Assembly: GCA_050695215.1 (NCBI GenBank)
Contig: JBOGSD010000004.1
Coordinates: 1,864 to 65,863 of the forward strand
Direction of reading: 5' to 3'
DNA: 64,000 nt
Origin: a bacterium
GTDB lineage: Bacteria > Sysuimicrobiota > Sysuimicrobiia > Sysuimicrobiales > Humicultoraceae
Of the stretch, positions 26,535-35,583 are shown piece by piece (positions within the stretch are counted from its first letter, which is position 1; each line of letters starts with the position of its first letter). Position numbers and translations under genes: made by a program. The notes beneath the pieces are model-generated. The model searched no databases. It had not been told where the DNA came from and saw only the letters and a list, made by a program, of their open reading frames with translations.

Positions 26535-28138
26535 TGCAGCATCCGGACCATTCCGGCCGTTCCATCTACTTCGACCAGTTGTCCATCGCGCAGCCGCCGG
26601 GTCGCTTCACCCGTCCCCACCACCGCCGGCACGCCGAACTCACGCGCCACCACGGCAGCATGTGAGAGGGCGCCCCCCGTATTAGTGATCAGCCCGGCGA
26701 TGATGCCGAAGAGCGGCACCCAGGAGGGATTGGAGGAGGGACACACGAGGACGTCCCCGGCGCCCACCTGCTCGAAGTCGTCCGCCGACAGAGCGACGCG
26801 AACCCGACCCCGCACCACGCCTGGAGAGGCCCCGATGCCGCGGAGGACCTTCTCATCCACCTGTTCGTGGGGTGGCGGCTCGAAGCGGTTGGGCTGGAGG
26901 GGCGCCTCCGGCGGCCGGCCGAGATAGCGGGGGGGACGCACCTCCCTCCAGCGCTGGTGTTCGGCCCGGCGCTGGGCGATGAGCGGCCTGAGGTTCTCCC
27001 GGTTCTGCAGCGCCGCGGAAATCTCGTCCGCGTGCAGGAAGAACACATGGGCCGGAGCAGCCAGGGCGCCCGCTTCGACGAGCCGCCGGCCGATCCGCAC
27101 GGCGAAGCGATGGAGGTGCGCCTGGAGCATCCGATCGAGCCAGTAGTTGTGTCCCTCCGTCAGCGGTCCCACGTCGAGCGCCAGAGCGAGGCTCTCTTCA
27201 AACCGCTTCAGGTCGTCGGGACGGTCGCGCAGCCGTTCCCGCGCCTGAGCGGCCAAGGTTTCCGCCCGGGCCCGCTGCTGTTGCCGGAGGAGTTCGGGGT
27301 CCTCCCCGCGGGCCGCCAGCCGCTTGTGCACTTCACCGAGCACCAGCGTGGGATCGTCCGCCCAGGACGGGTAGGTGAGGTCATCGAAGGGCTGTCCGAG
27401 GTGGCCGTGCGCATCGAGGAAACTGCGCAACGCCTCTAGGAACTCGGCCCCTCCCTCCGTCTCCGGCATCGCGACCAGGGCGGCGGCGGGATCCCGCCTG
27501 ATTCGGTCGGCGACCGCGGGCAACGCCCGCGCCTTCTCCGCCAGCATGAACAGATCGCGCTGCGTCCGTTGCAGATCGTTGGGCAACCCCTGCACGAGCG
27601 AGAAGGCCTCGCCGGGATGTGCGCCCTCGACGAAAGACTCATAGAGGTCGGCCAGCTCGTTGACAGCCTGGTAGGATCCGGCGTTCGTCATGAAGTGTAG
27701 GCCCCAGAGCCACCGGGCCCGGGTCCACACCTCCTCCCACAGCGCGGCGACTGCGCGCGGTGGATCGCTCTCGATCGGCGCCGCGTGCATCCACGCGTAG
27801 GTCTGCTGCAAGGCCGGAAAGACCTTCTGGTCCCAGTAGCCTCGGACGGCCCGCGCCTGGGCGCGGCGGCTCGCCTGGGCCTGCTCGCGGACGCGTGGCA
27901 TCTCGCTCGCGGGGACGAGGATCTGCTCGGCGAAGAAGGCGTACCCATTGAAGATCCGGCAATGGAAGCGGATGGGAACGCCAAAGCGCTCGAATCGGTA
28001 GGTGATTCCGTGCGAAATGATGCGCGAGTAGTCTCCCGCCAGGGGGGTGAGGATCCCCGGGGTGTGCATGTCGTCCCACTCCCAGGAGAGGTCGGGGTCG
28101 GACGGGTCTTCCCAGGTGACGGGGAATTCGTCGGTCAT
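26531..28138 (-). CDS. PEP-utilizer mobile (phosphohistidine swivel) domain protein, paralog B
   Basis: C-terminus ...AGDVLVCPSSNPSWVPLFGIIAGLITNTGGALSHAAVVAREFGVPAVVGTG... Same architecture as paralog A and clearly paralogous along its whole length. Trp-rich N-terminus (VTWEDPSDPDLSWEWDD). Confidence 0.8.
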   Translation of the reverse strand: MTDEFPVTWEDPSDPDLSWEWDDMHTPGILTPLAGDYSRIISHGITYRFERFGVPIRFHCRIFNGYAFFAEQILVPASEMPRVREQAQASRRAQARAVRGYWDQKVFPALQQTYAWMHAAPIESDPPRAVAALWEEVWTRARWLWGLHFMTNAGSYQAVNELADLYESFVEGAHPGEAFSLVQGLPNDLQRTQRDLFMLAEKARALPAVADRIRRDPAAALVAMPETEGGAEFLEALRSFLDAHGHLGQPFDDLTYPSWADDPTLVLGEVHKRLAARGEDPELLRQQQRARAETLAAQARERLRDRPDDLKRFEESLALALDVGPLTEGHNYWLDRMLQAHLHRFAVRIGRRLVEAGALAAPAHVFFLHADEISAALQNRENLRPLIAQRRAEHQRWREVRPPRYLGRPPEAPLQPNRFEPPPHEQVDEKVLRGIGASPGVVRGRVRVALSADDFEQVGAGDVLVCPSSNPSWVPLFGIIAGLITNTGGALSHAAVVAREFGVPAVVGTGEATRRLRDGQLVEVDGTAGMVRMLQ

Positions 28139-28298
28139 CGCGATCGCAGGTCTCTTCTCGTTCTACGCGGTCCGTGCGCACCCCTCTGCCGGTCCACCTC
28201 TGGGGGCGCGAGGGGCTCCACCGCCAGCAGAATGACGGCAGTCATATGACTTCGTGGCAACGTCGTGACCCCGGATCCTAGACCGCCCACCCGCCGCC

Positions 28299-28346
28299 CG
28301 GTAGGCTCATCCTCGAAGGTAACCGGTAGGCTCATCCTCGGAGGTG
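28299..28346 (+). repeat. Tandem direct repeat of CCGGTAGGCTCATCCTCGRAGGT (23 nt x2, 2-nt spacer), second copy overlapping the RBS of the ABC ATPase gene
   Basis: Copies at 28299-28321 and 28324-28346 differ at a single position (A/G). GGAGGTGA within copy 2 lies 4 nt before the GTG at 28351. Confidence 0.8.
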
Positions 28347-28350
28347 AGAT

Positions 28351-29262
28351 GTGGACGCGATTGTGAACGTGCGGAACCTCCGGAAGCGGTACGGAGAGGT
28401 CGAAGCGGTCCGCGACGTCTCCTTCGCCGTTCTGCCCGGTGAGATCTTCGGCATTCTGGGCCCTAACGGCGCCGGGAAGACGACCACGCTGGAAATCATC
28501 GAAGGGTTGCGCCGCGCCGACGGCGGCGAGGCTCACGTCGCCGGCATCGACGTCCGGCGTGATCCCCAGGCCGTGAAGGCGGTCATCGGCGTGCAGCTGC
28601 AGGAGGCCGGCTTCTTCGACCGGCTCACCGTGGAGGAAACGATCAACCTCTTCGGGGCCTTTCACCGCCGCGCGCTGGGGGCCGGACCGCTGATGGCAAC
28701 CCTGGAGTTGACCGAGAAGCGCCGCGCCCGCGTCGAGACCCTCTCCGGCGGCCAGCGGCAGCGGCTCAGCCTGGCCCTCGCGCTGGTCAACGACCCCCGG
28801 GTCCTCTTCCTCGACGAGCCCACGACCGGCCTCGACCCACAGGCCCGCCGCCACCTCTGGTCCACCATCGAGCAGATCAAGGCCGACGGCCGGACCATCG
28901 TCATGACCACGCACTACATGGAGGAAGCCCAGCGGCTCTGCGACCGCGTCGCCGTCCTCGACCACGGCCGCATCTTGGCCCTGGGCACCCCCCAGGATCT
29001 GATCCAGCAGCACTCCGGGCTGTCGGCCGTGGCCCTGGCGCTGGAATCCGCGGACGCCGACCTGCGCGGCATCACCGGCGTGGAGGAGGTCAGCCAGAGC
29101 AACGGCGACCTCCGGCTGCACACTCGCGATCCGCTGGGAACGCTGCACGCCGTCGTCGAGATGCGGCGCACCGGCCAGCTGCGGTATCGCAGCCTGCGGC
29201 TGGAAGAGCCGACGCTGGAGGACGTTTTCCTCACGTTGACCGGAAGGAGCCTGCGCGAATGA
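28351..29262 (+). CDS. ABC transporter ATP-binding protein (DrrA-like, ABC-2 exporter family)
   Basis: GTG start. VRNLRKRYGEVEAVRDVSF...GILGPNGAGKTTT...LSGGQRQRLSLALAL...LFLDEPTTGLDP. Confidence 0.9.
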   Translation: MDAIVNVRNLRKRYGEVEAVRDVSFAVLPGEIFGILGPNGAGKTTTLEIIEGLRRADGGEAHVAGIDVRRDPQAVKAVIGVQLQEAGFFDRLTVEETINLFGAFHRRALGAGPLMATLELTEKRRARVETLSGGQRQRLSLALALVNDPRVLFLDEPTTGLDPQARRHLWSTIEQIKADGRTIVMTTHYMEEAQRLCDRVAVLDHGRILALGTPQDLIQQHSGLSAVALALESADADLRGITGVEEVSQSNGDLRLHTRDPLGTLHAVVEMRRTGQLRYRSLRLEEPTLEDVFLTLTGRSLRE

Positions 29263-30317
29263 GAGCGTTTGTCGCTATGCTCAACACGTCCATCAAGAAC
29301 TTCGTGCGCAACCGCGGGGCGGTCTTCTTTGGAATCGCGTTCCCGCTGATCCTGATGGGACTGATCGGCCTGGCCTTCGGCGGGGGCGACAACATCCAGT
29401 TCACCGTCTCCTTCGTGGACGAGGGCAACGCGCAGGTCGGCGGCCCTCTGCTGGCCGGGCTGCGCGAGGTGCCGGTCCTCCGGATCGTCGAGGAGACCCG
29501 CGCCTCGGCGCTCGCCCAGCTGAGGAAGGGGAACCGCTCGCTGGTCATCGTCGTCCCCGCGCAGGGCACGGCGCTGGAGGCCTTCTATGACAGCAGCCAG
29601 GAACAGAGCAGCCGGACCGCATTGATGATCCTGGAGCGGTTCGTCGCCGAAGCCAACCTGCGCATCAGCGGCACGCCCGCCGTGCTGGCGGTGACCTCCA
29701 CGCCGATCGCCGGTGAGAACGTGCGCTTCTTCGACTTTCTCCTCCCCGGCATTCTGGCGATGACCATCGCCCAGACGGGACTCCTCGGCGTCGCCCCGGC
29801 CGTCGCGGAGATGCGTGAGCGTCTGCTGCTCAAGCGCGTGATGGCCACCCCCGTGTCCCCGCTGGCCTTTCTGGGCGGACTGCTCGGACGGAGCACGCTG
29901 GTCCAGCTGCTGCAGGGCGCGATCATCCTGGCCATGGGCGTCCTGGTGTTCGGCGCCCGCGTCCACGGGAGTCTGATCCAATTGGCCGCGCTGGCCATCT
30001 TCGGGGCGGTGGCGTTCTTCGGCATCGGCTTCGCCGTCTCGACCTTGTCGCGCACCGCGGAGACGGCCAATCTCTTCGGCAGCGTCATCTTCTTCCCGAT
30101 GATGTTCCTGGCGGGCACGTTCTGGCCGCGGGAATTCATGCCCGAGACGATCCGTCCGCTGATCGCCTACTTGCCGCTGAGCCCGTTGGTGGACGCCATG
30201 CGGGGGGTCTCCGCGCTCGCCCAGCCGGTTGGACAGTTCGGATGGTCGATGCTCTATCTGCTGGGGTGGGCGGTTGCCGCCTTCGCCGTCGCCGTGCGCC
30301 GCTTCCGCTGGGAGTAG
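29259..30317 (+). CDS. ABC-2 type transporter permease
   Basis: 6-TM hydrophobic protein. Its ATG overlaps the ATPase stop (ATGA). Confidence 0.85.
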   Translation: MRAFVAMLNTSIKNFVRNRGAVFFGIAFPLILMGLIGLAFGGGDNIQFTVSFVDEGNAQVGGPLLAGLREVPVLRIVEETRASALAQLRKGNRSLVIVVPAQGTALEAFYDSSQEQSSRTALMILERFVAEANLRISGTPAVLAVTSTPIAGENVRFFDFLLPGILAMTIAQTGLLGVAPAVAEMRERLLLKRVMATPVSPLAFLGGLLGRSTLVQLLQGAIILAMGVLVFGARVHGSLIQLAALAIFGAVAFFGIGFAVSTLSRTAETANLFGSVIFFPMMFLAGTFWPREFMPETIRPLIAYLPLSPLVDAMRGVSALAQPVGQFGWSMLYLLGWAVAAFAVAVRRFRWE

Positions 30318-31487
30318 ATGAGCCGGCAGGTGAAGATCGGGCTGGCGATCGCCCGGTACGGGCTCTTCCTCTTCGTCTTTCTGACGCAGGCGCTGGAACC
30401 GCCTCGCCTCTCGGGGCTCCGGCTCGCGGCGCTGGCGGCGCTCTACCTGGCCTTGACGACGACCGGCTACCTGTTCACGCGGGGCCGCGCGCGCCCGGCG
30501 CTGCTGGTGGGCCTCGAGGTCGCGCTGGTTGTCGCGATCGGCCTGCTCGCGCCCCGGGGATCGTTCTGGCTGGCCTACTTCGTCGTCACCGTCGACGCCG
30601 GCTTCGCCCTCGGGACCCCGCCCCGCGTGTACGCCTCCGCCGGAGCCATCTACCTGTTGCTCGCCGCCAACGCCTACTTGGCCTGGGGTCCCCTCGATCG
30701 CGAGGTCGTCGAGTCCCTGCTCGCGCTGCTGTTTGGGTTCGTCTTCATGGTCACCGCCACGCGACTGGCGATGGAGCAGATGGCCGCGCGCCAGCAGAGC
30801 GAGCGCCTGCTGCGGCAACTGGAAGAAGCGCACGACCGGCTGCAGACGTATGCGGCGGAGGTCGAGACGCTCTCGGTCGCGCGGGAGCGGCAGCGCGTCG
30901 CGCAAGAGGTGCACGATGCGGTGGCGCACGTGCTGACCGGGCTCCTGGTGCAGCTGCAGGCCGCGCGCCGGACGCTGCCCATCGACCCCGCGGGCGCCTC
31001 GGCCCGCCTGGCGTCTCTTGAGGAGGTCGCCCGGGGGGGCCTGGATGACGTCCGCCGCGCCGTCCGGGCGATGCGCCCTGAGCACCTGGAGACCGTCGGT
31101 GGATTAGAGGCGATGCGCCGCCTCTGCGCCCAGTTCGCCGAGCGAACGGCCACCCGCGTGACCTTTGCCGCTGAAAAAGAGCCGGCCCTCACCCCGGCTC
31201 AGGAGGTGCTGCTCTATCGTGTGTTGCAAGAGTGCTTGACCAACGCGGCGCGCCACGGTCGGGCCTCGAACGTGTGGGCCGCGCTGCGTCCTCAGAATGG
31301 CCGTGTGGAACTGCGCGTGCGCGACGACGGCACGGGCGCGGCTGAGGTGGCGCCCGGGATGGGCCTGACCGGGATGGCCGAGCGGGCGGCGGCGGCCGGC
31401 GGGCGATTCTCCTACCGCACCTCCGCCGGCGGCGGATTCGAGGCGGTGTTGGACCTGCCCCTCGACGCCGCGGCCGTCCCAACCTAA
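30318..31487 (+). CDS. Sensor histidine kinase (HisKA_3 + HATPase_c; NarL/LiaS/DesK-type) with N-terminal TM domain
   Basis: H-box ...RERQRVAQEVHDAVAHVLTGLLVQLQAARR and an ATPase region. Several N-terminal TM helices. It starts 1 nt after the permease stop. Confidence 0.85.
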   Translation: MSRQVKIGLAIARYGLFLFVFLTQALEPPRLSGLRLAALAALYLALTTTGYLFTRGRARPALLVGLEVALVVAIGLLAPRGSFWLAYFVVTVDAGFALGTPPRVYASAGAIYLLLAANAYLAWGPLDREVVESLLALLFGFVFMVTATRLAMEQMAARQQSERLLRQLEEAHDRLQTYAAEVETLSVARERQRVAQEVHDAVAHVLTGLLVQLQAARRTLPIDPAGASARLASLEEVARGGLDDVRRAVRAMRPEHLETVGGLEAMRRLCAQFAERTATRVTFAAEKEPALTPAQEVLLYRVLQECLTNAARHGRASNVWAALRPQNGRVELRVRDDGTGAAEVAPGMGLTGMAERAAAAGGRFSYRTSAGGGFEAVLDLPLDAAAVPT

Positions 31488-31496
31488 TCGCGGCCG

Positions 31497-32156
31497 ATGC
31501 CGGGAAAGATTCGCATCCTGCTCTGTGACGACCAGCGGTTGTTCCGCGAGGGGCTGCGCACGCTCATCGAGACCGAGGCCGACTTCGAGGTGATCGGAGA
31601 GGCCGCCGACGGTGAGGCGGCGGTCGAGCTGTGCGCGCGGCTCCGACCCGACCTCGCCCTCCTCGACATCCGCATGCCGCGCATGGATGGCGTCGAAGCG
31701 ACCCGCCGCATCTGCGCCGGGGGCGGACCCCAGGTGGTCATTCTCTCGACGTATGACGACGACGAGTTCATTTTCGAGGCCCTCAAAGCGGGCGCGGCCG
31801 GATACCTGCTGAAGGACTTCCCTGCGGAAGAACTGATCAAGGCCCTGCGCACCGTCCATCACGCCGGGGGCATCCTCATCCCTCCGCCGATCGCGGCGAA
31901 GCTCGTGGGGGAACTTCGCCGCGGCCAACCCGCCGGCACCGAGGCGCCCTCCCTGGCGGAGCCGCTGACCCAGCGAGAGGAGGAGGTTCTTCGCCTGCTC
32001 GCCCGAGGCCGGTCGAACAAGGAGATCGCCGAGCAGTTGTTCCTGACCGAGGGCACCGTCAAGAACTACATCAGCCGGATCTACGCGAAGCTGGGTGCCC
32101 GCGACCGCACCCAGGCCGCCCTCTGGGCGGTGCAGCACGGACTGCTCAAGGAGTAG
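31497..32156 (+). CDS. Response regulator, NarL/FixJ (LuxR-type HTH) family
   Basis: REC domain (ILLCDDQRLFREGLRTL...LLDIRMPRMDG) plus LuxR HTH (LTQREEEVLRLLARGRSNKEIAEQLFLTEGTVKNYISRIYAKLG). Confidence 0.9.
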   Translation: MPGKIRILLCDDQRLFREGLRTLIETEADFEVIGEAADGEAAVELCARLRPDLALLDIRMPRMDGVEATRRICAGGGPQVVILSTYDDDEFIFEALKAGAAGYLLKDFPAEELIKALRTVHHAGGILIPPPIAAKLVGELRRGQPAGTEAPSLAEPLTQREEEVLRLLARGRSNKEIAEQLFLTEGTVKNYISRIYAKLGARDRTQAALWAVQHGLLKE

Positions 32157-32475
32157 TCCGCGCGCCCTTCCACCCGTACCGGCGCAGGTCAATCCGGCCC
32201 CCGGTGAGCCGAATGCCCTCCTGTTGCAGGCGGCGGCGCTGCCTGACCGCCCACGGGCGCGGCGCGATCGTGCCGTCCCGGCGAACGACACGCCACCACG
32301 GCGCCGTGTCGTCGTCCGGCACAGCGGCGAGTGCCCATCCCACGGTACGAGCTCCGCTGTGCAGCCCGGCCAGGCGGGCGACCTCGCCGTAGGTGGTCAC
32401 CCGTCCCGGAGACACTGCGCGGACCACCCTGTAGATGCGGGCAAAGGTGCCGCCTCGATTCCGCGGCCTCACCAT
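32146..32475 (-). CDS. Alkyltransferase-like protein (ATL; MGMT DNA-binding domain with catalytic Cys replaced by Trp)
   Basis: Start ATG at 32473-32475 preceded by AAGGAGG. FARIYRVVRAVSPGRVTTYGEVARLAGLHSGARTVGWALAA...APWWRVV is the MGMT HTH followed by PWWRV in place of PCHRV, which is the ATL signature. Its 3' end overlaps the response-regulator gene by 11 nt, convergently. Confidence 0.7.
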   Translation of the reverse strand: MVRPRNRGGTFARIYRVVRAVSPGRVTTYGEVARLAGLHSGARTVGWALAAVPDDDTAPWWRVVRRDGTIAPRPWAVRQRRRLQQEGIRLTGGRIDLRRYGWKGARTTP

Positions 32476-32599
32476 GAGGCCTCCTTCATCTTGGTGCAGA
32501 CCTCCCCCTGCCGTGCCTTCACGCACAGACCGGAGCGGGAGGAAGAATGCGCCGCCCTCCGCGAAGAGCTCCGTCACGCCCCCCTGCGTGAGGTGAACG

Positions 32600-35050
32600 A
32601 TGCGAGAGTTCGAGAAGCTGGGCGTCTTCTATCTGGGACGCCTCTACGACCTGCGCCGGGAGAGGCCCGGTGAGGGGCTGGTGCTCTACGATTCCCGCGA
32701 CCTGGTCACGCACGCCCTCTGCGTGGGGATGACCGGCAGCGGCAAAACGGGACTGTGCCTCTCCCTGCTGGAGGAGGCGGCGCTCGATGGTATCCCGGCC
32801 ATCGCCATCGATCCCAAAGGCGATCTGGGCAACCTGCTGCTGACCTTTCCGCTCCTCCGGCCCGAAGACTTCCTCCCCTGGGTCAATCCCGAGGACGCCC
32901 GCAATCAGGGGATGACCGTTGAGGCGTACGCGCAGCAGCAGGCCGAGCGATGGACGCGGGGGCTCGGCGAGTGGGGACAGGATTCGGCCCGGATCCGGCG
33001 GCTGCGCGAGGCGGCGGACTTTGCGATCTATACGCCCGGCAGCAGCGCCGGTCTACCCGTCTCCATCCTGAAATCGTTCGCCGCGCCGCCGGAAGCGATC
33101 CGGGCCGACGCGGAACTGCTGGCCGAACGCATCAGCACCACGGCCACGGGACTGCTCACGCTCGTCGGCGTAGAGGCCGACCCCCTGCAGAGCCGTGAGC
33201 ACATTCTCCTCTCGACGATCCTGGAGGCGACCTGGCGGGGCGGCCGCGATGTGGACCTGGCCGGGCTGATCCAGCAGATCCAGACTCCGCCGGTGCCGCG
33301 CATCGGCGTGCTCGACCTCGATGCCTTCTATCCTCCCTCCGAGCGCTTCGCGCTGGCGATGCGTCTGAACAACCTGCTGGCGGCCCCGGGGTTCGCGGCG
33401 TGGCTGGAGGGCGATCCGCTCGACGTCGACCGCTTCCTGCATACGGCCAATGGGAAACCGCGTGTCTCCATCTTCTCCATCGCGCACCTCAGCGACAACG
33501 AGCGCATGTTCTTCGTCACGCTGCTGCTCAACCAGGTGTTGGGCTGGATGCGCGCCCAGTCCGGCACCACCAGCCTGCGGGCGGTCCTCTACATGGACGA
33601 GATCTTCGGCTACTTCCCGCCGGTGGCAAACCCTCCGTCAAAACTTCCCCTGCTCACCCTCCTCAAGCAGGCCCGCGCCTTCGGGCTGGGCGTCGTGCTG
33701 GCGACCCAGAACCCTGTGGACCTGGACTACAAGGGCCTCGCCAACGCCGGCACCTGGCTGCTCGGCCGGTTGCAGACCGACCGCGACAAGGCGCGCGTCC
33801 TCGACGGATTGGAGGGCGCGGCCGCCGGGGGGCAGAAGGCGCTCGACCGGCGGGCGATGGATGAGATCCTCTCCGCGCTGAAGAGCCGGGTCTTCCTCCT
33901 GCACAACGTCCACGAAGATGGACCGGTGGTGATGGAAACCCGCTGGGCCATGTCGTACCTGCGCGGTCCGCTCACCCGCGATCAAATCAGGACCCTCATG
34001 GCCCCAGCGAAACAGGACGTCGCCTTGGAACGCGCCGCCGCGGGGCCGGCGACCTCTGGCGCCCCACCCCTCCCCGCCGCCTCGACGGTCCGCTCCGCGG
34101 CGCAGAGCGCACAGCCCGTTCTTCCGGCCGACATCCCCCAGCATTTCGTCCCCCGGCGGAGCCCGCCGACCGGGCCGCCGATCGTGTACCTGCCCTTTCT
34201 CTTCGGCTCCGCCCGGGTGCAGTTCATTGATGAGAAACGGGGGATCGACCTGAGCCGCGATGTGGCTGTGCTCGCTCCCTTTCAGGCGGGCGCCCTCGCC
34301 GTGGACTGGGCGCGGGCGCGCCCCTCCCCCCTGCGTCCGGACGAGCTTGAGGCCGCCCCCGGAGCGGGGAGCCGGTTCGCCGACCTTCCGGCGGCCGCCC
34401 TCAAACTCAGGAACTATGAGGCGTGGTCGAAGGATTTTGCGAAGTGGCTCTACCAGAACGAGCGGCTCGATCTGTGGCGCAGTCCCTCACTGCGGTTGGT
34501 CTCCCGTCCCGAGGAGACCGAACGGGACTTCCGGATCCGGCTGGCCGACGCCGCCCGGGAACGCCGGGACGAAGTGACCGCCCGTCTGCGCGCCAAGTAC
34601 GCCCCAAGGATCTCCGTCCTCTCGGAACGGGTGCGGCGGGCCCAGCAGGCGGCCGGACGCGAGGCCGAACAGCAGAAGCAGCAGCGCGTCCAGACGGCGG
34701 TCTCGCTCGGCGCCACGATCCTCGGCGCCTTCATCGGCAGAAAGGCGGCGAGTCATTCCACGCTGGGCCGGGCCACGACGGCAGCCCGAGGGGCCAGCCG
34801 ATCGATGAAGGAGGCCGAGGATGTGAGGCGGGCGGGAGAGACGGTCGCCGTCCTGCAGGGGCAACTGACCGACCTGGAGGCGCAGTTCCAGGCTGAGGTC
34901 GCGCCGCTGGACGCCGGCGGCCCGGTCGACCCACTGGACCCGATCGCGCTGAAACCGAAACGCAGCCAGATCGCCGTCCAGTTCATCGGCCTGGCGTGGG
35001 CGCCGCACCGCCAGGAGGCGGAGGGCGCGCTGATCCCCGCCTGGGAGTGA
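32600..35050 (+). CDS. HerA/FtsK-like P-loop ATPase (AAA_10/DUF87-DUF853-type) with long C-terminal coiled-coil/charged extension
   Basis: [41 protein letters not shown] is the HerA/VirB4-type Walker A context. Walker B ...[14 protein letters not shown]. ~300-aa C-terminal region rich in R/E/A/Q ([34 protein letters not shown]). Confidence 0.75.
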   Translation: MREFEKLGVFYLGRLYDLRRERPGEGLVLYDSRDLVTHALCVGMTGSGKTGLCLSLLEEAALDGIPAIAIDPKGDLGNLLLTFPLLRPEDFLPWVNPEDARNQGMTVEAYAQQQAERWTRGLGEWGQDSARIRRLREAADFAIYTPGSSAGLPVSILKSFAAPPEAIRADAELLAERISTTATGLLTLVGVEADPLQSREHILLSTILEATWRGGRDVDLAGLIQQIQTPPVPRIGVLDLDAFYPPSERFALAMRLNNLLAAPGFAAWLEGDPLDVDRFLHTANGKPRVSIFSIAHLSDNERMFFVTLLLNQVLGWMRAQSGTTSLRAVLYMDEIFGYFPPVANPPSKLPLLTLLKQARAFGLGVVLATQNPVDLDYKGLANAGTWLLGRLQTDRDKARVLDGLEGAAAGGQKALDRRAMDEILSALKSRVFLLHNVHEDGPVVMETRWAMSYLRGPLTRDQIRTLMAPAKQDVALERAAAGPATSGAPPLPAASTVRSAAQSAQPVLPADIPQHFVPRRSPPTGPPIVYLPFLFGSARVQFIDEKRGIDLSRDVAVLAPFQAGALAVDWARARPSPLRPDELEAAPGAGSRFADLPAAALKLRNYEAWSKDFAKWLYQNERLDLWRSPSLRLVSRPEETERDFRIRLADAARERRDEVTARLRAKYAPRISVLSERVRRAQQAAGREAEQQKQQRVQTAVSLGATILGAFIGRKAASHSTLGRATTAARGASRSMKEAEDVRRAGETVAVLQGQLTDLEAQFQAEVAPLDAGGPVDPLDPIALKPKRSQIAVQFIGLAWAPHRQEAEGALIPAWE

Positions 35051-35114
35051 ACCAACGCCTCCGGCCCCGCCGGCGCGTGGCATTCTCCGGGCCGAGCGCA
35101 CAGACGAAGGAGGG

Positions 35115-35549
35115 TTGGGTGTGATCAAAGAGTTCAAGGCATTCGCGATGCGCGGCAGCCTGCTCGACCTTGCGATCGGTGTCGTCATCGGCACGGCCTT
35201 CGGCAAGATCATCACCTCGTTCGTCAACGACGTGCTGATGCCGCCGATCGGCCTGCTCCTCGGACGCGTGAATTTCAGCAACCTCTTCCTCAATCTCTCT
35301 GCAGAACGCTACCCGTCGGTGGCGGCCGCGAAGGAGGCCGGCGCGCCGACCATCAACTACGGTCTCTTCTTCAACACGATCCTGGACTTCGTCATCGTCG
35401 CGTTCGTGTTGTTCCTGGTGATCAGGCAGATCAACCGCTGGCAGCGGCCTGCCGCTCCAACCACCAAGGACTGCCCGTACTGCTTCACGGCGATTGCCCT
35501 CAAGGCGAGCCGCTGCCCCAACTGCACCTCACAGTTGCAACCGGCCTAG
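35115..35549 (+). CDS. mscL: Large-conductance mechanosensitive channel
   Basis: [41 protein letters not shown] is the canonical MscL TM1. It has a C-terminal C-x2-C ... C-x2-C tail. Confidence 0.9.
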   Translation: MGVIKEFKAFAMRGSLLDLAIGVVIGTAFGKIITSFVNDVLMPPIGLLLGRVNFSNLFLNLSAERYPSVAAAKEAGAPTINYGLFFNTILDFVIVAFVLFLVIRQINRWQRPAAPTTKDCPYCFTAIALKASRCPNCTSQLQPA

Positions 35550-35583
35550 CCGCCGCGGCCGCGCCGTTAGGTCCCCGTCGGCC

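Noticed and set aside
28914-31085. 723-aa minus-strand ORF
   Set aside because: It runs antisense to three well-supported plus-strand genes (ABC ATPase, ABC-2 permease, histidine kinase). The translation is Arg/Gly/Asp/Glu/His-rich low complexity with no motif, a typical high-GC antisense artefact.
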